64,000 nucleotides of DNA, taken from IMG/VR virus record IMGVR_UViG_3300010355_000481; one strand, 5' to 3'. Positions 20,949-26,340 of this stretch are shown piece by piece. Source of the DNA: an uncultured virus (IMG/VR IMGVR_UViG_3300010355_000481) (taxonomy: Duplodnaviria > Heunggongvirae > Uroviricota > Caudoviricetes > Crassvirales). Position 1 is the first letter of the stretch. Every line of letters begins with the position of its first letter. Both the position numbers and the translations under genes were made by a program. The notes beneath the pieces were generated by a model. That model was not told the DNA's origin and did no database searches. It was given only the letters and a program-made list of their open reading frames with translations.

Positions 20949-21190
20949 TATATGTTAACTTTTAAGGTTACTTTATATCCGTTATTTTTTTCTTTTATAT
21001 CGGAATCAGGGTGAGCGACTAATACGGTATCCATAATACGACCTAAACAGTGTTTACACTCGATTTGATCGATTAGTTTGTGTAGAAGTTCTCTACTTGT
21101 TTCAACCATATAAGATTGAATTGGCGCACCGTCTATCGATACCTGTAGCCCGTTAATGTCGTGGAATTTTGATTTTAGTTTAACTTTCAT
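20948..21190 (-). CDS. Hypothetical protein
   Basis: 80 aa, CKHC motif. Confidence 0.55.
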   Translation of the reverse strand: MKVKLKSKFHDINGLQVSIDGAPIQSYMVETSRELLHKLIDQIECKHCLGRIMDTVLVAHPDSDIKEKNNGYKVTLKVNI

Positions 21191-21287
21191 AGTGTAAATG
21201 TATGATTAATTTTTAGAATTAAAAGATAAATCTAAAAATAATTTATTTTATTTTTTATAGTTAAAAGCTGGAATTCATAGATGAACC

Positions 21288-22133
21288 CTACTTACTAGCT
21301 TCTAGTCCTATGGTATTAGGATAAGAATTATCAACCAATCCGATGATAGAACCTAAAAATGATCTACAAATTCCTTTTTTAGAAATGTGTATATGACATT
21401 CAGGTAATGAATGGGTTAACTCTTCTAATTCTGCTTGACAAGAAACTTTACCTAAAACTTGCATAACTACAGTTCTAGTTATAATTCCTAATTTGTGCAT
21501 ACGTCTTAATATTCTACCTCCGCTACTTTCAGACATTCCAAGTAGTCGGGCCATATGAGTTTTTCCAGATACGATGTATTGTTTATTTTTTGTTCGGGCA
21601 CGCTTCATCCAGTCGTCCGTAGTTATACCTAAAGCTGATGCACATTTTGCAACTTTCTTTAAGATACTGTTACGTTTCTTTTCGCTAGTAATTCTGTCAC
21701 CGATTCTATAATAAGCATCTTCTGTATCTTTCCATTTCTCGATACGGTATTGTTGTTGTTTAAAGTTTTTTAATACAAGACTATGTTGTATTTGGTGGTA
21801 TACTTTTTCCCATGTTAAAGGACCATTACATGTAAATCTTTTAAAACATTCAACGTATCTGTTGAACATTAAATTAGCTTCCCCCACGACACCATCATTT
21901 AGTATCGTACAGATATTGCTAAATTTAATTAAACGAATGGCACCTTTAGTTTGAATTAAAGTACCAGCTTTTAAACCACGGGATTTTATGCTTTGAAATC
22001 TTACTAAACCTAAACCTAAAGAAGCTGCAGCTTGATGATCCGTTTGAACACCATACTGCAATATACCATTATTCCTCATTTTAAGGAGGAAAGAGGCGTC
22101 TGTTAGTAATTTAAGTTTTAATAATTGTTGCAT
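21288..22133 (-). CDS. Basic HTH DNA-binding protein (possibly Rep-like); start revised to ATG 22133
   Basis: THMARLLGMSESSGGRILRRMHKLGII looks like a winged HTH; the longer predicted start runs through a terminator hairpin. Confidence 0.5.
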   Translation of the reverse strand: MQQLLKLKLLTDASFLLKMRNNGILQYGVQTDHQAAASLGLGLVRFQSIKSRGLKAGTLIQTKGAIRLIKFSNICTILNDGVVGEANLMFNRYVECFKRFTCNGPLTWEKVYHQIQHSLVLKNFKQQQYRIEKWKDTEDAYYRIGDRITSEKKRNSILKKVAKCASALGITTDDWMKRARTKNKQYIVSGKTHMARLLGMSESSGGRILRRMHKLGIITRTVVMQVLGKVSCQAELEELTHSLPECHIHISKKGICRSFLGSIIGLVDNSYPNTIGLEASK

Positions 22134-22167
22134 AAAAAAAAATCCTGAAGTATAACCTTCAGGATCC
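22134..22167 (-). terminator. Terminator directly upstream of the HTH gene ATG
   Basis: GGATCCTGAAG-GTTATA-CTTCAGGAT followed by a long U-tract. Confidence 0.7.
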
Positions 22168-22310
22168 TTTTTAGCCGAGACAAAATAATAATTGTTAATT
22201 ATTACAAATATAATTCTCTTTGTGGGAGAAATAAAATCTTTTTTAAACATTAACAATTCTATATTTTTGCTGCCTCGGCTAAGAGTAAACTAAGATATAC
22301 TTGTTACAAT

Positions 22311-22342
22311 CAAAGGTAAGTACTGGTATTGTATTTACCAAA
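22311..22342 (-). promoter_or_regulatory. Bacteroidota sigma-A type promoter
   Basis: TTTG-N20-TACCTTTG. Confidence 0.7.
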
Positions 22343-22360
22343 TATTTATTTATTTATTTG

Positions 22361-22450
22361 TGAGAGCAGTAGGAGTCGAACCTACAATCTTTACCATAAA
22401 GGACCTGATTTACAGTCAGGCAGCACAGACGCCATAGTGCTAATACTCCC
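22361..22450 (-). tRNA. tRNA-Tyr(GTA)
   Basis: CCTGA-CTGTAAA-TCAGG anticodon arm; long variable arm; GTTCGA T-loop. Confidence 0.9.
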
Positions 22451-22454
22451 AGAG

Positions 22455-22537
22455 AGGAAAATTGTGGACTCGAACCACAGTCCAATAAAGGACCTACACC
22501 CTTAGCAAGGGATCTCGAACCTATCGATTAACTTTCC
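22455..22537 (-). tRNA. tRNA-Ser(GCT)
   Basis: CCC-TTGCTAA-GGG anticodon arm; long variable arm. Confidence 0.8.
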
Positions 22538-22540
22538 ATG

Positions 22541-22629
22541 AGGTAGAGACAGGGTTCGAACCTGCACATCAGTTTTACCCGACATCACTGTTTTCAAGAC
22601 AGATAAGTACGCCAGCATTACGCTCTACC
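22541..22629 (-). tRNA. tRNA-Ser(TGA)
   Basis: CTGT-CTTGAAA-ACAG anticodon arm; long variable arm. Confidence 0.9.
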
Positions 22630-22633
22630 ATAG

Positions 22634-22715
22634 TGACCCTAGAGAGATTCGAACTCTCAATCCTCGCGGCAAGGGATTTTAAGTCCCTCATGTATCCCAG
22701 TTCCATCATAAGGCC
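22634..22715 (-). tRNA. tRNA-Leu(TAA)
   Basis: AGGGA-CTTAAAA-TCCCT anticodon arm. Confidence 0.9.
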
Positions 22716-22720
22716 AAGTG

Positions 22721-22764
22721 TACTCGTAGAGGGATTCGAACCCCCAAACCTTTCGGCACCGGTT
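22721..22764 (-). pseudogene. 3' half of an interrupted tRNA-Leu
   Basis: Variable arm, T-arm and acceptor strand TACGAGT-A; pairs with the 5' half at 23545-23580. Confidence 0.8.
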
Positions 22765-22765
22765 G

Positions 22766-22852
22766 TAAGAGAAGAGGGATTCGAACCCTCACGCTACTAT
22801 TATTTCGCTTTCGATTCTAAATCGAAATTGTCTACCATTCCAGCATTCTCCC
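22766..22852 (-). tRNA. tRNA-Leu(TAG), overlapping the 3' end of the HNH gene
   Basis: TTCGA-TTTAGAA-TCGAA anticodon arm; complete cloverleaf. Confidence 0.9.
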
Positions 22853-23492
22853 ATGCTTTTATCCATTTTCTAATACAATTATCAGATACCCCATATTCCT
22901 TACCTGTACCCACAAACCCTAACGAATTTATCTTTACTTTCAACACATCTAAACTTGGTCTATCTACTACTTTCCGTAAGTGGCTTCTACCTATCTTTTT
23001 ATACACCGCCTTTTTCCTTACAACTTTTTCTTTAATAGGTTTATCTTTTTTGAGCCTATCTCTAGTAACACTTGCATGACAATTTGGGCATAATATTTGT
23101 AAGTTACTTAATTCATTATTAAAATGATCACTATCAATATGATCAAGTTCTAATACTATAGGTTTACCTCCCCACTCTGATAAACAACATATCTCACATT
23201 TATATTCTTTGTAACCATCCCTTATTAATCTTTCCCTTAATTTAGCACTACTGGTTGGAAAATCTTTTTTACAGTACTCAAGAGCATCTTTTTTTGTAAA
23301 TTTTTTGTTTTTACGCCACCCTTGACCTAAAAAATAATCAGGGGTTTCTATTCCAAAAAATTTAGCTCTTCTAGTTAAATGAGACTGACTACCAGTCCTA
23401 GGGCGAATATTTAGTTTTCTACATACATCCGCCCACGATTTAGAACCAATTAAAGCCTTTTCTATTATTTCCTTTGTATATTTAATCTTCAT
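22800..23492 (-). CDS. HNH homing endonuclease
   Basis: CEIC...LELDHIDSDHFNNELSNLQILCPNCH; N- and C-terminal HTH-like segments. Confidence 0.9.
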   Translation of the reverse strand: MKIKYTKEIIEKALIGSKSWADVCRKLNIRPRTGSQSHLTRRAKFFGIETPDYFLGQGWRKNKKFTKKDALEYCKKDFPTSSAKLRERLIRDGYKEYKCEICCLSEWGGKPIVLELDHIDSDHFNNELSNLQILCPNCHASVTRDRLKKDKPIKEKVVRKKAVYKKIGRSHLRKVVDRPSLDVLKVKINSLGFVGTGKEYGVSDNCIRKWIKAWENAGMVDNFDLESKAK

Positions 23493-23544
23493 ACTAGTAT
23501 AGGTTATAATTTAAGATACAACATCTATACTAGAATCCAAAACA

Positions 23545-23580
23545 TAAAACTATCGTGTAGACCAATTCCACCATACGAGC
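23545..23580 (-). pseudogene. 5' half of the interrupted tRNA-Leu
   Basis: GCTCGTA-TGGTGGAATTGGTCTACACG-ATAGT-TTTA, broken at the anticodon. Confidence 0.8.
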
Positions 23581-23612
23581 AAAAAAAAATCCCCATCTGG
23601 AAAGACGGGGAC
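23581..23612 (-). terminator. Attenuator terminator of tRNA operon 1
   Basis: GTCCCCGTCT-TTCC-AGATGGGGAT plus U-tract abutting the first tRNA. Confidence 0.85.
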
Positions 23613-23638
23613 TAAAAATGCAAAATTAATATACATAG

Positions 23639-23701
23639 CTATCCCAGTCGATCCAATAGGCTCGATAACAGATAACTATATGACAAACGAAAATTCTTCA
23701 T
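23639..23701 (-). CDS. Leader peptide 1 MKNFRLSYSYLLSSLLDRLG
   Basis: 11 consecutive Leu/Ser/Tyr codons; lies between promoter and terminator. Confidence 0.85.
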   Translation of the reverse strand: MKNFRLSYSYLLSSLLDRLG

Positions 23702-23707
23702 TACAAT

Positions 23708-23739
23708 CAAAGATAGGTTACTCATTTTAAACTACCAAA
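23708..23739 (-). promoter_or_regulatory. Promoter of tRNA operon 1
   Basis: TTTG-N20-TATCTTTG. Confidence 0.75.
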
Positions 23740-23757
23740 TATTTCTTTACTTTTTTG

Positions 23758-23828
23758 TGGATACTGTTGGATTCGAACCAAATACTATCTCATTGCAAGT
23801 GAGAAGTGCTACCATCGCATCAGCCTCA
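23758..23828 (-). tRNA. tRNA-Ala(TGC)
   Basis: TCTCA-CTTGCAA-TGAGA anticodon arm; imperfect acceptor stem. Confidence 0.75.
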
Positions 23829-23832
23829 TGTG

Positions 23833-23905
23833 TAGGATTACCTGGATTTGAACCAGGAACGCTTGAGTATCAGTCAAGTATAATAACCAATTTTAATATA
23901 ATCCT
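23833..23905 (-). tRNA. tRNA-Ile(GAT)
   Basis: CTTGA-CTGATAC-TCAAG anticodon arm. Confidence 0.85.
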
Positions 23906-23910
23906 AAATG

Positions 23911-23984
23911 TTGATCCTCAGAGTCTCGAACTCTGTACCTCGCGATTATGAGTCGCACGCTCTAACCGGATGAGCTAAGGATCG
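23911..23984 (-). tRNA. tRNA with CAT anticodon, probably Ile2 (lysidine)
   Basis: GCGA-CTCATAA-TCGC arm and D-arm resemble bacterial tRNA-Ile2; C1:A72 mismatch leaves fMet possible. Confidence 0.75.
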
Positions 23985-23989
23985 ATATG

Positions 23990-24060
23990 CAGTCTATACG
24001 AGACTCGAACTCGTTTCCCCACCGTGACAAGGTGAGAGGATACCCATACCCCAATAGACT
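23990..24060 (-). tRNA. tRNA-Asp(GTC)
   Basis: TCACC-TTGTCAC-GGTGG anticodon arm. Confidence 0.85.
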
Positions 24061-24067
24061 ATTTTTG

Positions 24068-24139
24068 TACTCCTAACGGGAATCGAACCCGTGTCTGCTC
24101 ATGGAAAGTGAGCTATCCTAACCGCTAGAAGATAGGAGC
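24068..24139 (-). tRNA. tRNA-Glu(TTC)
   Basis: GCTCA-CTTTCCA-TGAGC anticodon arm. Confidence 0.9.
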
Positions 24140-24144
24140 AAATG

Positions 24145-24215
24145 TGCAGTATGTAGGAGTCAAACCTACGCAACTTGATTGGAAGTCAAGGGTGCTATCG
24201 TAACACTTATACTGC
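24145..24215 (-). tRNA. tRNA-Gly(TCC)
   Basis: CTTGA-CTTCCAA-TCAAG anticodon arm. Confidence 0.85.
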
Positions 24216-24280
24216 ATGTATATGTAATCACATATAAATTGATAGTTTATACTATTTTTATATGTAAAAACATATGATTG

Positions 24281-24362
24281 TAGCGGGGGTCCGATTCGAA
24301 CGGACGTCTTTTATTTTTCCAGGTTATGAGTCTGGTGACCTCAACCACTAGTCCACCCCGCC
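24281..24362 (-). tRNA. tRNA-Met(CAT) with enlarged A-rich variable loop
   Basis: CCAGA-CTCATAA-CCTGG anticodon arm; acceptor GGCGGGG/CCCCGCT. Confidence 0.8.
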
Positions 24363-24365
24363 ATG

Positions 24366-24439
24366 CGGACAACGTAGGGCTCGAACCTACTATCCTCTGT
24401 TTAACAAACAGCCGCTTATACCACTTAAGCTTCTCGTCC
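24366..24439 (-). tRNA. tRNA-Asn(GTT)
   Basis: CTGT-TTGTTAA-ACAG anticodon arm. Confidence 0.85.
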
Positions 24440-24449
24440 AGTATTTTTG

Positions 24450-24522
24450 CAGATCTGCAGGGATTCAAACCCTGATAAACTCCTTAGAACGAAGTTGTCC
24501 TATTCAGTTAAACGACAGATCT
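24450..24522 (-). tRNA. tRNA-Arg(TCT)
   Basis: ACTTC-GTTCTAA-GGAGT anticodon arm. Confidence 0.85.
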
Positions 24523-24528
24523 ATGTTG

Positions 24529-24601
24529 TTGGATGACAGAGAATCGAACTCTGGACTCCTCCTTGTAAGGGAGGGATGATTAACCACTTCACCATCTTCC
24601 A
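24529..24601 (-). tRNA. tRNA-Val(TAC)
   Basis: CCTCC-CTTACAA-GGAGG anticodon arm. Confidence 0.85.
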
Positions 24602-24610
24602 ATATTTTTG

Positions 24611-24683
24611 TACCCCTGCCGAGAGTCGAACTCGGCCCCACGGATTAAAAGTCCGTTGCCTACTACCAGTTTGCTACAAGGGT
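24611..24683 (-). tRNA. tRNA-Lys(TTT)
   Basis: ACGGA-CTTTTAA-TCCGT anticodon arm. Confidence 0.9.
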
Positions 24684-24689
24684 AAAAAT

Positions 24690-24721
24690 AAAAAACCCCG
24701 GTAGCTATCTGGCTCCGGGGT
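24690..24721 (-). terminator. Attenuator terminator of tRNA operon 2
   Basis: ACCCCGGAGC-CAGATA-GCTACCGGGGT plus U-tract. Confidence 0.85.
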
Positions 24722-24743
24722 CTTCTAAAAGTTTTATATACAC

Positions 24744-24809
24744 TTAGACATAAATAGACCCGGAGCCAGACTTCTCATCTGCCACTCTCCCGATAATATT
24801 TATGATCAT
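24744..24809 (-). CDS. Leader peptide 2 MIINIIGRVADEKSGSGSIYV (alternative GTG start at 24821)
   Basis: First 13 codons use exactly the ten amino acids of the downstream tRNAs. Confidence 0.85.
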   Translation of the reverse strand: MIINIIGRVADEKSGSGSIYV

Positions 24810-24839
24810 TATTTGTTGCACTATTTAAATTTTATGTTA

Positions 24840-24847
24840 CAAATGTA
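24840..24847 (-). promoter_or_regulatory. Promoter (-7 box) of tRNA operon 2
   Basis: TACATTTG. Confidence 0.6.
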
Positions 24848-24903
24848 ACGCTGTTTATAATTCAAGTTACATCTTTATTTGATAATAACAAATTTTTTGC
24901 TAA

Positions 24904-25104
24904 TTATTTTTTAAATTTCTTTTCGTAGACTTCTATCATCTTATTATGATAATTTAATAACCCAGTTTCATTAGTAATATTTCCATTAGGTATTCTGAAT
25001 TTATTTTTATCAATCTTTTTTACAAAAATATCTGATTCAGTTAAACCAGTAGTAATCAATACACTATTTACTGTTTTCTTTAATTTCTCTATACTTATAT
25101 TCAT
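24904..25104 (-). CDS. Hypothetical protein between tRNA operons
   Basis: 66 aa; own TATCTTTG box just upstream. Confidence 0.55.
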   Translation of the reverse strand: MNISIEKLKKTVNSVLITTGLTESDIFVKKIDKNKFRIPNGNITNETGLLNYHNKMIEVYEKKFKK

Positions 25105-25133
25105 AATGCAAAGATAAGTCTTTTATTTTAAAG

Positions 25134-25206
25134 TTTTCCAGACAGGACTCGAACCTGTACCCTCGAATCCGTAGTCCGAGATCCTATCCAATTAAACGAC
25201 AGGAAA
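25134..25206 (-). tRNA. tRNA-Arg(ACG)
   Basis: TCGGA-CTACGGA-TTCGA anticodon arm. Confidence 0.85.
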
Positions 25207-25212
25207 ATATAG

Positions 25213-25284
25213 AGTGACTAGCCGGGCTCGAACCGGTCGATAACTACCCCACAAGTAGTCGTGTTACCACTACACTATAGCCAC
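25213..25284 (-). tRNA. tRNA-His(GTG)
   Basis: ACTAC-TTGTGGG-GTAGT anticodon arm. Confidence 0.9.
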
Positions 25285-25286
25285 GG

Positions 25287-25357
25287 TTTTCCCACCTAGA
25301 TTCGAACTAGGAAATTCAGCTCCAAAAACTGACGTGTTACCGTTACACTATGAGAAA
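25287..25357 (-). tRNA. tRNA-Gln(TTG)
   Basis: TCAGT-TTTTGGA-GCTGA anticodon arm. Confidence 0.9.
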
Positions 25358-25362
25358 ATAAG

Positions 25363-25436
25363 AGCTTCTTTACAGACTCGAACTGTATCTATTCCTGATT
25401 ACAAGTCAGGTGCTGCACCATATCAGCATAAGAAGC
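25363..25436 (-). tRNA. tRNA-Thr(TGT)
   Basis: CCTGA-CTTGTAA-TCAGG anticodon arm. Confidence 0.9.
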
Positions 25437-25471
25437 AAAATTGTTTACCTCATCAATAAGGTAAACATTTG

Positions 25472-25548
25472 TGGTACAGACTGGATTCGAACCAGTACAA
25501 ATTTCCCAGGGCTTCAACCTAGAGCTCTACCGTTGGAGCTACTGCACC
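25472..25548 (-). tRNA. tRNA-Phe(GAA)
   Basis: CTAGG-TTGAAGC-CCTGG anticodon arm. Confidence 0.9.
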
Positions 25549-25553
25549 ATAAG

Positions 25554-25629
25554 AGACCGGAACCAGAATCGAACTGGCATTAAATAGGATTTGCAGTTCT
25601 ATGCCTTTTCCAATATTGGCTATCCGATC
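25554..25629 (-). tRNA. tRNA-Cys(GCA)
   Basis: TAGAA-CTGCAAA-TCCTA anticodon arm; U discriminator. Confidence 0.85.
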
Positions 25630-25633
25630 ATTG

Positions 25634-25704
25634 CGTGACGACAGGGATTCGAACCCCGATCAATGGTTTTGGAGACCACCATGCTACCGTTGCACCACCT
25701 TCAC
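25634..25704 (-). tRNA. tRNA-Trp(CCA)
   Basis: GTGGT-CTCCAAA-ACCAT anticodon arm. Confidence 0.9.
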
Positions 25705-25708
25705 AAGT

Positions 25709-25791
25709 CAAGCCAGGTTAGGTCATTACTCCTAATTTTTTACCTTAATCGGTACTGAGGATGTACTAGTATCTTTCCTCCCCTCCAGCTT
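25709..25791 (-). ncRNA. tRNA-sized cloverleaf-like RNA of unknown type
   Basis: Closing stem plus three hairpins; occupies a slot in the tRNA array; no canonical T-loop or anticodon loop. Confidence 0.45.
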
Positions 25792-25793
25792 TG

Positions 25794-25866
25794 TCTACAT
25801 GACCCGATTCGAACAGGCGAAAACTTGGTCCCAAACCAAGTGGATTAACCCCTCTCCCACATGTAG
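25794..25866 (-). tRNA. tRNA-Pro(TGG)
   Basis: CTTGG-TTTGGGA-CCAAG anticodon arm. Confidence 0.9.
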
Positions 25867-25871
25867 AAAAT

Positions 25872-25898
25872 AAAAAACCCTCCGTATTCGGGAGGGTT
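25872..25898 (-). terminator. Attenuator terminator of tRNA operon 3
   Basis: AACCCTCC-CGAATAC-GGAGGGTT plus U-tract. Confidence 0.85.
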
Positions 25899-25920
25899 CA
25901 GTTTAGTAATTATATGATAA

Positions 25921-25992
25921 CTACACTACATAACCCTCCAGCTTGGTAAACCAAGGTTGTTGAGGACATGTATGTGTGCGATTTGTTTTCAT
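25921..25992 (-). CDS. Leader peptide 3 MKTNRTHTCPQQPWFTKLEGYVV
   Basis: 12 consecutive codons using exactly R,T,H,C,P,Q,W,F, the downstream tRNA set. Confidence 0.85.
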   Translation of the reverse strand: MKTNRTHTCPQQPWFTKLEGYVV

Positions 25993-26031
25993 AAATTATA
26001 ATAAGCTTTAGATTTGCATCTAGCCTACAAT

Positions 26032-26062
26032 CAAAGATAAGTCAAGTTTTTATATTTCCAAA
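26032..26062 (-). promoter_or_regulatory. Promoter of tRNA operon 3
   Basis: TTTG-N19-TATCTTTG. Confidence 0.75.
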
Positions 26063-26135
26063 TATTTGTCCAGTTTTTTTCTAAATAAACTGGACATTTC
26101 TTTTGCGATAAGTATCGTAAAGTGATACATAACGC

Positions 26136-26163
26136 AAAAAAAGTCCCCCAAGAATGGAGGACT
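26136..26163 (-). terminator. Terminator of the structural operon
   Basis: AGTCCTCCATTCTTGGGGACTTTTTTT. Confidence 0.7.
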
Positions 26164-26209
26164 CTAAACTCACTTTAAACCAATAAAGAGGGAGTTTTAA
26201 CCAATAAGA

Positions 26210-26329
26210 TTAAGCCGCTTTTTTCATACGTGGTAATTGCGACCATTTAATGCTACAACCTCTACGTGGACAGCCAGTCGAAGCTTTAGTACGAGGTTTT
26301 GTTATTTTAAATAAGGTTTTCTTTTTCAT
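26210..26329 (-). CDS. Small basic protein (39 aa), absent from the ORF track
   Basis: MKKKTLFKITKPRTKASTGCPRRGCSIKWSQLPRMKKAA; fills the gap between fibre gene and terminator. Confidence 0.55.
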   Translation of the reverse strand: MKKKTLFKITKPRTKASTGCPRRGCSIKWSQLPRMKKAA

Positions 26330-26340
26330 ATTATATATTT

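Noticed and set aside
22633..23079. 148-aa plus-strand ORF
   Set aside because: Antisense shadow of tRNA genes (EGFEP = T-arm) and of the HNH gene.
22765..23544. Group I intron in tRNA-Leu
   Set aside because: The insert is filled by the HNH ORF, a short hairpin and a full tRNA; no room or motifs for a ribozyme core.
23757..24468. ORFs 23757-23951 (+) and 24247-24468 (-)
   Set aside because: They overlap tRNA genes; translation artefacts.
22361..25866. CRISPR-like periodic repeats (gattcgaacc)
   Set aside because: These are tRNA T-arms.
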